The notes: generated by a model from the letters alone, not told the origin. A stretch of 64,000 nt of DNA from an uncultured Nitrososphaerota archaeon (GCA_964618805.1 CAZUBM010000001.1:127910-191909); one strand, 5' to 3'; counted from the first letter of the stretch, positions 30,794 to 41,010 are shown. A program made the numbers and translations.

Positions 30794-31843
30794 ATGCTGC
30801 ATCGGTTGTTCCAACTCATTACGCAACGATTACGTAACGATTCCTTATTACTTCACGCCACAGCATTTAGAGCGGTGAATGATGTGATTAAGATGAAAAT
30901 GAAACCTAGCAACGTAAGGATCGTCCTAGCTTTATCAGTCTTGGCACTCATGTTCTCCGGTCCAATACTTAACATAGCAGCTCAACCAGAGAGTCAAGGA
31001 GCTTTGGTTGAGAAGATACTACAGATCTACGAGCAAGCCAGAGAGCTAGCTCTTCGATGGGCCGCAAGGGCAGAACAAGCGGGTTCTAAGGATGTAGCTG
31101 ACGAGCTAAAGAGAGCTGTTGAAAATGCTGACAACTTAATCGATCAGGCAAGGGATAAACTAGCATCAGGAGATAGGAAGGAGGCTGCTGAATTAGCGAG
31201 AAGGGCTATAAATACGTTAAGAGAGGCATTACTTAACGCAAAGGAGGAGTACGCTCCCTCAAGCAACGTAACTAGGGCAAAGGGCCTTCTGCTATCTGCG
31301 ATCAGAAGGCTGAATGATCTGATTCAGAAGCTTGAGACCTCCTTAAGGGCACTTGAGAGCAGGGGTGTAGATGTTAAAGAACCGAGACAAAAGCTGGAAA
31401 GAGCTAAGGAGATGCTAGAGGACGCAACAGGATTGATGAGCGAAGAAAAGCTTATAGAGGCCAAGAAAAAAGTAGAAGGAGCTGCTGAACTGATTAGAGA
31501 AGCTTACTCTTGGATTAGAGAACACATTAAGGAGATCAAGGAGGGCATGTTGGAGAAAAGAGTTCAGCGCATTGTATCTGCAACTGAAAGAACTATCGAA
31601 AGACTCCAGAAGTTGGAGGAATGGCTGATACAACACAATAGGACTGAGGCAGCAGCTAAAGTTTCAGAGGCCAAAAATGCCCTAACCCAAGCTTTAAGGA
31701 AGTTTAATGATGCTGTAGAAAAGCAGAACTATGCTGCTGCTAGAGAAGCCCTAAGAGAGATGCTTGGAATCCTTAGAAGGATAAGGCAGTACGTCTTAGA
31801 ATACAGATCCATGAGAGGGGTTCCAACAGGAGCAGGGGGTTAG
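30794..31843 (+). CDS. exported alpha-helical/coiled-coil protein (true start probably 30884 or 30893)
   Basis: Signal peptide MKMKPSNVRIVLALSVLALMFSG, followed by Ala/Glu/Arg-rich helical repeats. Confidence 0.8.
   Translation: MLHRLFQLITQRLRNDSLLLHATAFRAVNDVIKMKMKPSNVRIVLALSVLALMFSGPILNIAAQPESQGALVEKILQIYEQARELALRWAARAEQAGSKDVADELKRAVENADNLIDQARDKLASGDRKEAAELARRAINTLREALLNAKEEYAPSSNVTRAKGLLLSAIRRLNDLIQKLETSLRALESRGVDVKEPRQKLERAKEMLEDATGLMSEEKLIEAKKKVEGAAELIREAYSWIREHIKEIKEGMLEKRVQRIVSATERTIERLQKLEEWLIQHNRTEAAAKVSEAKNALTQALRKFNDAVEKQNYAAAREALREMLGILRRIRQYVLEYRSMRGVPTGAGG
30834..30850 (+). promoter_or_regulatory. GGAAnnnTTCC-like box fused to TATA element, preceded by a second 11-bp unit
   Basis: GCAACGATTAC GTAACGATTCC TTATTA (30823-30850) upstream of the likely start at 30884/30893. 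Confidence 0.55.
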
Positions 31844-31884
31844 ACCTCCTCTTTTTATTTGATTTTCTCCTAAATGAGAGAGAG

Positions 31885-32739
31885 TTGAAGGCCATAAGCA
31901 GGATAGCCGTACTCATAGTGCTTTTGATCTCTCCAACTCTAACAGTTTCTCAAGAACTTCCAGAATTAGTAGAACTGGAAGTATACGAAGACGGTTGGGT
32001 AAACGTAAGTTATAGCATTAGCTTTTCGGATCCTGAGCTCGTTGCATATCTGCCCCTTTATGCTTCCCCAACTTTCCTAGTTGTTTTGGATGAAGAAGGC
32101 CTACCTCTCAACGCTTCTGTTGTTGACAAGCTTATTGAAGTCCAACTTCTTGGAGCAAAGGAAGCTAGGGTCTCATATTTTACTCAAGATCTTGCGGAGA
32201 AAAAAGGAGCAGTGTGGACCATAAACCTAAGCGAAATCCATGCAAAAGTGCTTATTACTCTACCTAAGGGGGCAAGAATAGTTGGTCTTTCTGACCTCCC
32301 TGAAACAATAATTACCGGTGAGGAAGAAGAGGGTATTACGCTGCTTATGCCTTCTGAAGCAAAATGGGTTAGCTATATTCAAATATTCCCATCAGCCATA
32401 GAAAAGGAGCGTGGCAGCAAATACATGAAATTCATATGGCTTCTACTGCCTTTAAGCCTTGGAATAGTATCTGCCCCCCTTCTCCTTTTTCAAAGAAAGA
32501 AGGCCAGAGAGAAGAAGAAATTGGATTCTGTAGACAAGAGAATACTAAAGGAGTTGTCTTCCGGCGGTCTTTACCTTAAAGAACTTGCTCAAAAAATCGG
32601 AAGGTCGAAAACAACGGCATGGAGACGTTGTCGCGCTCTCGAGAATGCCGGTTTGCTTAAAGTAATTAAGAGGGCGGATGGAAACTTCATAAAACTAACG
32701 AATTCAGGTCAGACTTTAGCCAAAAAGCTGGAAGAATAG
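31885..32739 (+). CDS. membrane-anchored wHTH transcriptional regulator (COG2512-like)
   Basis: Signal peptide, extracellular beta-rich domain, TM helix, then LDSVDKRILKEL..GG..LKELAQKIGRSKTTAWRRCRALENAGLL wHTH. Confidence 0.85.
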   Translation: MKAISRIAVLIVLLISPTLTVSQELPELVELEVYEDGWVNVSYSISFSDPELVAYLPLYASPTFLVVLDEEGLPLNASVVDKLIEVQLLGAKEARVSYFTQDLAEKKGAVWTINLSEIHAKVLITLPKGARIVGLSDLPETIITGEEEEGITLLMPSEAKWVSYIQIFPSAIEKERGSKYMKFIWLLLPLSLGIVSAPLLLFQRKKAREKKKLDSVDKRILKELSSGGLYLKELAQKIGRSKTTAWRRCRALENAGLLKVIKRADGNFIKLTNSGQTLAKKLEE

Positions 32740-32833
32740 CTTAACAAAAACATTTCAGAAGCACAGCTCATTTTTAATTTTCAGAGATCTGGGCATCCCA
32801 TTTAGCTTTTAAATAAAGTCATTTTGAGAAAGG

Positions 32834-33352
32834 GTGATGTCTGAAGAGCTACTCCCCATCAGTCTAAGATCAGGTGAAAGGGTACTTTGGAGTGAGAGCC
32901 CGAAAAAGGCCCCTTTCATAATGAAATCCTTGATCTTTACGCTAGTAGGACTTTTCCTAGCTTTACCTGCAACAGCCGTGCTTCTAGAGATAGCAGGAGC
33001 CCCATTACTTCTCTTGGTGTTTCCTGGATTAATAGCAATAATTGGCTACCTGATTGCAATAATACCTCCATTGAGAAACATACTTTCACTTAGAAGGATC
33101 AAATACATCGTCACAAACGAGAGAATCGTGATTTTAGGAGGAGCTTTAGGTCTATCGGTTAGAACAATCGAATTTCCTGAGATAGAGGCAGTAGTCGTTA
33201 GAAAAGGTTTCTGGGATAAGAGGTTTGGGACTTCAACCCTTTACCTTATCATAAAAGGGATCTTCATCCTCCCATCCTTTTCCTCAATAACAAATGCCAA
33301 CAGCGCTAAGAGACTAATTGAAAGACTGCTTGCAGAACATAAATCTGTGTAA
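32834..33352 (+). CDS. membrane protein with bacterial PH (bPH) domain
   Basis: GERVLW...P, two TM helices, YIVTNERIV, FG..T motif. Confidence 0.8.
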   Translation: MMSEELLPISLRSGERVLWSESPKKAPFIMKSLIFTLVGLFLALPATAVLLEIAGAPLLLLVFPGLIAIIGYLIAIIPPLRNILSLRRIKYIVTNERIVILGGALGLSVRTIEFPEIEAVVVRKGFWDKRFGTSTLYLIIKGIFILPSFSSITNANSAKRLIERLLAEHKSV

Positions 33353-33376
33353 TTAGGTATCTTTTTCGGTGATTTC

Positions 33377-33769
33377 TTGAAGTGCATCCCAGGCTGCCAT
33401 CTTTGCTGCATCGAGACAGACATGATCCTTACAAAAGAGGATGTCAAGGCAATTTTGGCCCTGGGATACAAGCTAGAGGATTTCTCTGAGTACAGAGATG
33501 GATACCTCAGGCTTAAAAACTTGGATGGGAGGTGTTTCTTCTTAAACGAGAGAGGACATTGCAAGATTTATGAGAGGAGGCCAATCGGGTGTAGGGCATA
33601 TCCAGTTGTTTACGATGTTGAAAGAAAGAGGTGTAAGATAGACGAGGAATGCCCCGCAAGAAATACTGTTGAGCCAGAAGAGTTCTCAGAAAAATGCAGG
33701 TTAGTTCTTAGAGCCTTACCTCAGCTATTAAGAGAGGAAAATGCGATTGATTTCTTGGAAAAGGCTTGA
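33377..33769 (+). CDS. YkgJ/CxxCxxCC Fe-S or Zn cluster protein
   Basis: CIPGCHLCC...CFFL...CKIYERRP.GCRAYP. Confidence 0.88.
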   Translation: MKCIPGCHLCCIETDMILTKEDVKAILALGYKLEDFSEYRDGYLRLKNLDGRCFFLNERGHCKIYERRPIGCRAYPVVYDVERKRCKIDEECPARNTVEPEEFSEKCRLVLRALPQLLREENAIDFLEKA

Positions 33770-33784
33770 GAGGAGGAGGACTTC

Positions 33785-34693
33785 TTGACGAAAAATTGTA
33801 AGTACTGCAACAAGGTTGCTAAGCACTTCGTTCCAAATCTTGGAGCTTCTCTCTGCGACGAACATTTTCTAGCTTACTTTTACAAAAGAGTGAGAAGGGT
33901 TCTTAGAAGGGTTGGTAGGGGAAAGAGGATATTAATAGGGGTTTCCGGAGGGAAGGACTCAATATCGGTGCTATATGCACTCTCTGCCCTTTTGGAAGAG
34001 TTTGATCTAGAAATTGGTTCCCTGCACATAGATCTTGGCTTTCCTCATATGGAGGAGTGTGCAGAAGTATTCAAACGGGCCTGCGAAAGGACTGGAGCAA
34101 AGATGTATGAGATCTCTCTGAAAGAGGAGTACGGTTTTACCGTTCCAGATCTGGCTGAAAAGGTCAAAACACTTTGTCAGGCATGTGGAGTTATCAGGAG
34201 ATACTTGTTAAACAAGCTAGCATGGGAAGAAGGATATGACTTCGTTGCAACTGGCCATAACTTGGATGACATGGTTTACTTCGCATTTAACAACCTAATT
34301 ACCTCTAACATATCTTTTCTAAACACATTGGATTCCGTCCTGCCTCCAATCCCAAATCTAAAGCTGGTTGGGAGAATTAGACCCCTCTTTTGGCTAAATG
34401 ATGCCGATTCACTCACTTATCTGAAGGTAATAGGCGCAGAATATTGCACCAAAAAGTGCCCTTACTACAAGGAGACCAAGCAGATATTAATTAAGCCGCT
34501 GTTTGATGATATTCAGAAGAGATGGCCCCAAAGCAAGGTGAACTTTGTCACATCCTTGAGAAAGCTTGTAAGACTATCACCTATCACAAAGGAAAGGGAG
34601 GAGAGAATGAAACCCTGCTCAAGATGCGGATACCCGAGCATATTGGAAGTTTGCTCATTCTGCAGGCTTGTAGAGATCTCAAATAAGCCATAA
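33785..34693 (+). CDS. TtuA/Ncs6-family PP-loop tRNA thiolation enzyme
   Basis: N- and C-terminal Zn fingers, VSGGKDS PP-loop, CQACG..RRY, ATGHNLDD, RPL, CPY. Confidence 0.88.
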   Translation: MTKNCKYCNKVAKHFVPNLGASLCDEHFLAYFYKRVRRVLRRVGRGKRILIGVSGGKDSISVLYALSALLEEFDLEIGSLHIDLGFPHMEECAEVFKRACERTGAKMYEISLKEEYGFTVPDLAEKVKTLCQACGVIRRYLLNKLAWEEGYDFVATGHNLDDMVYFAFNNLITSNISFLNTLDSVLPPIPNLKLVGRIRPLFWLNDADSLTYLKVIGAEYCTKKCPYYKETKQILIKPLFDDIQKRWPQSKVNFVTSLRKLVRLSPITKEREERMKPCSRCGYPSILEVCSFCRLVEISNKP

Positions 34694-34752
34694 TCAAAGA
34701 TTCCATCGATGAAAGAGTTATTTTATTTCGCGGTCCATAAGAACGGATTTAA

Positions 34753-35097
34753 ATGGGCAGTTTGCAATCCAGGGAAGAGGAACCCATTCTGGTATTCAGT
34801 ACGGCTCCAGACATGGAAAGTGCTAAGGAAATCGCTAGATTGCTGGTTATAGAGAGGCTCACAGCTTGCGTTAATTTAGTTCCAGGCATAACTAGCTACT
34901 ATTGGTGGGAGGAAGAGGTAAAGGCTGAAGAAGAAGTTCTCATGATAATGAAGACATCCAGAGCTAAGTTCAAGGATCTGGAGCTTAGGATAAAGGAAAT
35001 TCATCCTTATGACATACCAGAAATAATTGCCTGTCCCATTAAGGAGATAAGCGAGGACTATCTGAAATGGCTTCTATCAGAGGTAGAGCTTAGATAA
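34753..35097 (+). CDS. cutA: divalent-cation tolerance protein CutA
   Basis: A..IA..LV.ERL.ACVN, SYYWW, HPYDIPEII, Y.KWL. Confidence 0.95.
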   Translation: MGSLQSREEEPILVFSTAPDMESAKEIARLLVIERLTACVNLVPGITSYYWWEEEVKAEEEVLMIMKTSRAKFKDLELRIKEIHPYDIPEIIACPIKEISEDYLKWLLSEVELR

Positions 35098-35369
35098 AGA
35101 ACCTCCATCGATACGCTTGGATCCAAAGACTTCACCTTTGAGACTATTTTCTCAACGAATTCGCCGCCAGATACAAAAATCCTTAGCTCAGCCCTGTTAG
35201 TCCAAGGTTCCAAGAAAAGAAGGGCCAATATCCTCTTATCATCAGCTATCAGATATTCATATCCGTGCATCCTCACATAAAGCCCAAGACCCTTTATCTT
35301 ATGGTATAGCTTCTCCCTGACTTTGGGGAAGACGAATTTAGATTTGGACTTAGATGAATTAACCACCAT
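35058..35369 (-). CDS. hypothetical protein
   Basis: Start overlaps the stop of the upstream MFS gene. Plausible composition, no motif recognised. Confidence 0.55.
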   Translation of the reverse strand: MVVNSSKSKSKFVFPKVREKLYHKIKGLGLYVRMHGYEYLIADDKRILALLFLEPWTNRAELRIFVSGGEFVEKIVSKVKSLDPSVSMEVLYLSSTSDRSHFR

Positions 35370-36576
35370 CTTCAGGCCTCTCCTGGCTTAATTCCATTAA
35401 AATAGCCTTTGAAGGTAAGAGGACAAATGAAATAACGGCCATTGCTGCCATTAGAACCACAGAAATTAGGATGGTGAAGCTAGGCGATACCTCATAGAGC
35501 TTTCCACCTGCAACGTTGCTTGCTGATAGCATCAGGTTCGATATAAGCCTGCTTATGGCATCAACTCTCCCTCTGACCTCTGAGACCGTTACATCGGCGC
35601 GTAAAGCGAATATAGCTGGAAACCTTGGCATGATGGATGCTACCAGGAGGGAGGCTAAGACGAAGTTTTTTGATCCCTTGGGTGAAAAGAACAGGATTAG
35701 GTATCCAAGAGAGGTTGAAAGGAAGGATAGGGATACGACCTCCCTCCTCCCAACCTTATCAGTAAGATAACCGGATAGTGGCTGACTAAATAGTCCTGCA
35801 AGTGAAGCGATGAGGTTAGCAAAACCCCAATAAGCTGGATCTATCTGCAGGTTTTCCACGGCATATATCTGTATAAAAGGACCTATTAAGCCAGAAAATG
35901 CAAATCCCATCGCGCTGATGAGGGCAACCCTTCCTACCTCCTTTTTGAAGAGAGGAAGGACTCTTACGTAATCTCTTAGCATTCCCCTCAATGAAGGCTT
36001 TGTCCTGCTAGGTATCGTCTCTATCAGAAAGGACCTGACAACGGAGCCGCACATCAAACCAATTGCGGATAGAAGGTAAAGGAGTCTTACCCCGCTTTCT
36101 ATCCCTCTAACTTTTACCATCCACGCTGCAATAGCAGGACCAAGCATCCCAAAGATCCCGCTTATCGTGTTGGAAAGAGCCATGTACCTGCCTCTTTCAC
36201 CTTCTGGGAGGCTATCGGCCATCAAAGCCCAAAGTGCTGGCTGATATAAGAGGGCTATGGAAGCTATTACTCTGGCAACTAGCAACCAGGTCCAATCCTT
36301 AGCGATTGAAAAGAGAAGCCTTGTTATAGCCAAGGTAAAGGTCATTTGGACGATTAGCCTTTTCCTTCCGATAACATCACATAAGTAACCCCCAAAGAGC
36401 CTTGAAAAACCCAAAACTAGGGAAGAAATGGAAGATATTAGACCAACTTGAAGATTGGTTGCTCCAAGCGACCTCGCATATAACGAGAAGTAGATGCCAG
36501 CTGCCCTTGTGAATGGGGTCATTATTGCCCAGCTTATGGTCATAACAGCGACGTTTCTCTTACCTTCTTCCTTCAT
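35359..36576 (-). CDS. MFS transporter
   Basis: GGYLCDVIGRK and GYLTDKVGRR motifs, about 12 TM segments. Confidence 0.92.
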   Translation of the reverse strand: MKEEGKRNVAVMTISWAIMTPFTRAAGIYFSLYARSLGATNLQVGLISSISSLVLGFSRLFGGYLCDVIGRKRLIVQMTFTLAITRLLFSIAKDWTWLLVARVIASIALLYQPALWALMADSLPEGERGRYMALSNTISGIFGMLGPAIAAWMVKVRGIESGVRLLYLLSAIGLMCGSVVRSFLIETIPSRTKPSLRGMLRDYVRVLPLFKKEVGRVALISAMGFAFSGLIGPFIQIYAVENLQIDPAYWGFANLIASLAGLFSQPLSGYLTDKVGRREVVSLSFLSTSLGYLILFFSPKGSKNFVLASLLVASIMPRFPAIFALRADVTVSEVRGRVDAISRLISNLMLSASNVAGGKLYEVSPSFTILISVVLMAAMAVISFVLLPSKAILMELSQERPEDGG

Positions 36577-36603
36577 AGCATTACTTTCCTCCCAACTCCA
36601 TTG

Positions 36604-37212
36604 CTAGGACATCTTAACCATCTTAATTGCATTAGGAACCTGACTAAAAAGCATAAAAGCCCCAGATATAAGAAAAAGATCGGATCCATGGCTTGAAAAA
36701 GAAAGTTCTGCTCCCAATGATGCCATTAAACTTAAGAAATCGCTCAAAGCCTCTTTCCCTATGTTTATAGAAAGAAATTTCATCTCCAGCGCGATAAGAG
36801 TTATAAGAACCGCGGAAATGATGGCTTGCTTGTGATAGGGCTTTTTCCTGAATAACTTCATTAGAGGCCACAGGCCTACGATTGTTCCTATAAGGGGTGA
36901 CCAGAAGAGGGGATGGACGTATGCAAGTATCGTCTCTTTTGAAGCAACAGCTCCAGCAAAAGTACCAGGTAGCCCTTCTATTGAAATCCTCATCCTGCTA
37001 AATAGGAAGAAATCATAGGTACCGTTCATCTGAAGACCCATAAGCGGGATTGACATCTTAATAGAGAACCAGGGAAGGAAAAGAGAACCTATGGATAGGA
37101 GTTCTGCTAAGATTAAGGAAACTCCACAAAATATCTCCTCCTTGGAGGAAAAGATCCCATGTTCCACCTCTTGGGAACTTGAACTCGGTCTCTCTGGCTC
37201 GACTTCTGCCAT
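36604..37212 (-). CDS. membrane protein, unknown function
   Basis: About 4 TM helices, including an SLFLPWF motif. Confidence 0.7.
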   Translation of the reverse strand: MAEVEPERPSSSSQEVEHGIFSSKEEIFCGVSLILAELLSIGSLFLPWFSIKMSIPLMGLQMNGTYDFFLFSRMRISIEGLPGTFAGAVASKETILAYVHPLFWSPLIGTIVGLWPLMKLFRKKPYHKQAIISAVLITLIALEMKFLSINIGKEALSDFLSLMASLGAELSFSSHGSDLFLISGAFMLFSQVPNAIKMVKMS

Positions 37213-37302
37213 ACAGCCCTTTATCCATCGTAATATAATTAAAATGTACGAAGTAATCTATCTGCCCCTAGCTCATGCAAATCCCCTCGAGGACTGAGAC
37301 AA

Positions 37303-38142
37303 TTGAAAAGAGAAAGCTTGAAAGGAAAATTCCTTCTTGTCTTAGTGGCTGCAGCCTGGGGAGGGACATTTCCAATAATGAAAATTGCCATATTGGACTT
37401 GGAAGTTTTCTTCTTTCTCTCACTAAGGTTTGCGGTTGCCATCCTCTCATTCGTTCCCCTCCTAATCATAACTGATAGGAACCTGATTCCAGATATTAGG
37501 GGCATTTGGTTGGGAATTGTAGTCTTTTCAGGCTTTCTCTTCCAAGTTTTTGGCCTTAAGTATACGAGCGCCATAAACTCTGCCTTCATAACTAGCCTTA
37601 ATGCCCCTTTAGTCCCAATTCTAGGATTCCTATTGTTCAGGAAGAGACCTAGTTTAAGGGCCGTGCTCGGAATCATGCTAGGAATGATTGGCCTAGCTTT
37701 GCTAACAGGCGTGTACAAGGGAATAGCTTTCTCGTTGGGAGATTTCTTGACGTTCTTATGCGCAATTTCATGGGCTATGCAGATAATCCTAATCGATAGG
37801 GTGAGTAAAGAGATAGAAGCCTTAGAGCTAGCCTACTCTGAATCTATATCAGCTCTTTTCCTCTCAATTCTTTCCTCGCTTGCAATAAGGGAGAGATGGA
37901 GCATTCCAAGGAGCAGTGGAATATTTGCAGTGATGTACACGGGAGTTATAGCCACAACTTTTGCCTTCTTTGCCCAAGCTTTGGCTCAAAAAAGGGTTTC
38001 TCCTGAGATTACTGGCTTAATGCTGTTATTAGAGCCAGTATTCGCATCCGTTTTTTCTTTCTTCATCCTTAGGGAAACTTTGGGTGTGATAGAGGCTATT
38101 GGAGCCTTTCTTATTCTTCTAGGAGTTAAAATTTCTGAATGA
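37303..38142 (+). CDS. DMT/EamA family transporter
   Basis: AAWGGTF, LRF, two EamA repeats, LLEPVFA. Confidence 0.92.
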   Translation: MKRESLKGKFLLVLVAAAWGGTFPIMKIAILDLEVFFFLSLRFAVAILSFVPLLIITDRNLIPDIRGIWLGIVVFSGFLFQVFGLKYTSAINSAFITSLNAPLVPILGFLLFRKRPSLRAVLGIMLGMIGLALLTGVYKGIAFSLGDFLTFLCAISWAMQIILIDRVSKEIEALELAYSESISALFLSILSSLAIRERWSIPRSSGIFAVMYTGVIATTFAFFAQALAQKRVSPEITGLMLLLEPVFASVFSFFILRETLGVIEAIGAFLILLGVKISE

Positions 38143-38149
38143 GCGACTC

Positions 38150-40513
38150 TTATAAGAAGGCCATAAGACCCTCTCTTTCCGATAAAAGATCCTCCTCCCT
38201 CACACCAAACACGGATAGGATCCTTAGAGCAGCAGGAAGGACCTGATTTCTCATGTAATACCCTAAATCAACATCTTCTAGTGAAGCCATGAAGTAGGGG
38301 GCCGCTCTTTGGTATAGCTTGCCCTCTCCCTTAAGGATGACGAAGCCCACCTTATCTCCTGGCTCTAACTCCCATCCGGCCTCGATCATCATCCTTGCAG
38401 CTTCTATGTGAGCCCCTCTTGCCTTATATTCTTCGAGAGGCCTCGTGATTTCCTTCCAAATTATTAGATCATCGTACTCAACTTTCCCCTCCCTTAGATC
38501 AGATATGAAACCTCTAACGTAATCAATTGCGTCCTTCTTTGCCTGCTCCAAATTCTCCTCCCTTAACATTATCTCAAGAACCCTTTTCTGTACTCTTCTA
38601 GCTACATCGGGCCAATCCCCCCTAACAACCTCAAGTCCAACAATGTCGAGCCTTCCATCAGGAAGAAGGCCAGCGTACCTCTTCTTAGCCTCCGTGAAGA
38701 TTACTCTTTCGTAGATCTTGTCTATCTTTATCTCCAATCTCAACTTATTTTCTACAACTCTCAAAAATGATTCAACCTTTTCAGGATCATACCTTACGAA
38801 TATGCTGTCAGTATCACCATAAATAAGCTCTAGGCCGCTTTCTTCAGCTATCGAAATTGTTTTCCTTATCGTGGCCCTTCCCCAAGCAGTAGTTGCCTCC
38901 GCAACAGGTTTTATGTACCATCTGGCCCCTATCCAACCACTGTACCCGTAGCTTGCGTTTGCTATGACCTTTAGGGCCTTCTGCCTTGCATCCAAAGCCC
39001 TGTATTCAGGGCTCTCCGGGTCCAACGACCTAAGTTTTTCCTTGATCTCGCTTCTGGCTTCAAGCAACTTCGAAAGAACTTCCTTATAGAAACCAGGAGG
39101 CTCTTTTCTGAATGCATGATTGACCTCTGGTGCAAAGTAGTAATCATCGCCATCCTTTACAGCATCTGGAGGTACGTATGTGTCTGGAGATATGTTATAG
39201 GCTATCATCAGGCTTGGGTACATGCTCTTGAAGTCAAGCACCGCTATCTTTTCGTGCCTTCCTGGCTTCGGCTCAAGCACTATGGCACCAGGGTAAGGTC
39301 TATATGGTCTCTCTACCCTTTCTGGAACGAGTTCTCCCATCTTATGGGCTTCCTTTATTAGATACCATTCTACCTTAAATCCCACTGCTGCGGTCCCTAT
39401 GTGATCTAGGGGGATTCCTACCAACTTTGAAAGCTGGATTGCAAAGTCTAGAATGGAGGATGATATTCCCATAATGCTCCTTGAGCATTCTATCGCATAT
39501 TCCTCCAGATCAGATCTCTTTTCGGGATCTTCCCAGTATGAGGGGATTTCATATTCCCTTATCATCCTTGGCTTCTGTACTCCGAAATATTCAGCCATGT
39601 TTTCCAACGTCTTCAACTTGATGGCCGCTATTTCCTCTATGAAGTCGAAGAGATCCACGTTCGCCCTTCCAGTTACGGATATGTGGCCATATGCGCTAGT
39701 ATGAACCTCGGTTTCGGTTCTAGTTATGGAGAATTTCAAACCAAGGATGTTGGCCCTTTCGTTTAGGTAAGGAAGATGCCTCTGGTTTGATTCAAATCCA
39801 ATCAATATATCTGGATCATACTCCTTAACATACTCTAAGAAGCCCTTTATCACTTCAGAATCATCCTCTTTATCAGAAACAAAAAGCTTAGCCTCGTTTG
39901 AGCTGTTAAGCGTTGCTATCATTATGATCGGATCCCTTTCTGGCTTAGGAGAGCCTTTTTTGCTATAATATATTGGGTAGAAGGCTAGGATCCTTAGATC
40001 TGGTGTACCTTCCTTCTCTATCCTTTTAGGAGTCTCCTTAGCTAGATAAACAGCATCTACTTTGACATCAGACCTTTTATCTGTTCTTTCAACCTCTAGC
40101 TCGTGCCAACTACATGGAGAAACATCGTTGTCTATCATGTACTTCATCGTATACCTTATGTCTTGCTCTAAGCACATTTCAACGTGCTCCATCTTACAGA
40201 TCTTCTTGGCATAATCATCTACGACAGCAGGATCCCTACATATTACCTTAATGACCTTCGTAGGCTTCCCAAAGTACTTCCTATCAGCAATTTCTGTTCC
40301 AATGATCTGAGGAAATTTCTCCTTCATTCCATTTATCCTCTCAATCACCTGAGCTTCCTTTCCTCCTTCTGGAACCACGTAGAAATAGCTATAGAACCCC
40401 TTTTGGATTACTAATACCCTTTTTCCCTCTTCAGATATTCCCCAAAGCCATATTTCAGGCTCATGATCTACGATTTCATGATTTATGTCCAAGAGCCAGA
40501 AAACTAGCTTCAT
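38150..40513 (-). CDS. polB: family B DNA polymerase (PolB3-like) with degenerate 3'-5' exonuclease motifs
   Basis: DFKSMYPS, KVIANASYGY, YGDTDS, KKRYAG, VRGDW, C-terminal PIP-like GLMAFL. Confidence 0.95.
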   Translation of the reverse strand: MKLVFWLLDINHEIVDHEPEIWLWGISEEGKRVLVIQKGFYSYFYVVPEGGKEAQVIERINGMKEKFPQIIGTEIADRKYFGKPTKVIKVICRDPAVVDDYAKKICKMEHVEMCLEQDIRYTMKYMIDNDVSPCSWHELEVERTDKRSDVKVDAVYLAKETPKRIEKEGTPDLRILAFYPIYYSKKGSPKPERDPIIMIATLNSSNEAKLFVSDKEDDSEVIKGFLEYVKEYDPDILIGFESNQRHLPYLNERANILGLKFSITRTETEVHTSAYGHISVTGRANVDLFDFIEEIAAIKLKTLENMAEYFGVQKPRMIREYEIPSYWEDPEKRSDLEEYAIECSRSIMGISSSILDFAIQLSKLVGIPLDHIGTAAVGFKVEWYLIKEAHKMGELVPERVERPYRPYPGAIVLEPKPGRHEKIAVLDFKSMYPSLMIAYNISPDTYVPPDAVKDGDDYYFAPEVNHAFRKEPPGFYKEVLSKLLEARSEIKEKLRSLDPESPEYRALDARQKALKVIANASYGYSGWIGARWYIKPVAEATTAWGRATIRKTISIAEESGLELIYGDTDSIFVRYDPEKVESFLRVVENKLRLEIKIDKIYERVIFTEAKKRYAGLLPDGRLDIVGLEVVRGDWPDVARRVQKRVLEIMLREENLEQAKKDAIDYVRGFISDLREGKVEYDDLIIWKEITRPLEEYKARGAHIEAARMMIEAGWELEPGDKVGFVILKGEGKLYQRAAPYFMASLEDVDLGYYMRNQVLPAALRILSVFGVREEDLLSEREGLMAFL

Positions 40514-40667
40514 CTAGTGAACAAACACTTATCCTCCTTTAAATGGTTGCGTTTTAGAGCTAGAACGTTTCAACTTTTCTCGTGTTAAAAGAAGATCTCT
40601 TCGTAGTTAATAGCCCGTATAGGAACATGAATGCCTTCTTCAATGATAAGGGCCAAAAAGGGTCAAA

Positions 40668-40973
40668 TTAGGAGTACTTTGACAGTACAATGAATATGTG
40701 CTCATCTCTTTCTATACCATAACCCAGAACTTTTAGGCCCATTTCCTTGGCAATATCCATCATATCCCCTACCAGTCGCCAAAGTGAAGACCTTTCTATT
40801 GATGTCAGGGAATCAGCTCCCCCTTCAATTGAGCCGATGTAAAAAAGCTCGATGGTTGATGGATGCTCTATAAAGCCTTTAATTCTTTCTAAGAATTGCC
40901 TTTTCGGTATGATCTTGATGATCCATTCTAATTCTTTTTCAAGATCTTGATGCTGCGCGTCTTGAGAGGTCAT
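40668..40973 (-). CDS. uncharacterised 101-aa protein, paralogue of 41175..41483
   Basis: Colinear similarity with its neighbour (IKI...LE.I.GF...PS..E....G..EG..DSLT..E....W...G...D.A..MGLKVL..GI..D..IF.VL.K). Confidence 0.8.
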   Translation of the reverse strand: MTSQDAQHQDLEKELEWIIKIIPKRQFLERIKGFIEHPSTIELFYIGSIEGGADSLTSIERSSLWRLVGDMMDIAKEMGLKVLGYGIERDEHIFIVLSKYS

Positions 40974-40986
40974 TCCCCGATGTTCT

Positions 40987-41010
40987 AAATAGAAATCATT
41001 TCTAAATAAA
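40987..41010 (-). promoter_or_regulatory. conserved promoter/operator copy 1
   Basis: Minus strand TTTATTTAGAAATGATTTCTATTT. 21/24 identical to 41499-41522. Contains the palindrome TAGAAAT-n-ATTTCTA. Confidence 0.65.
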
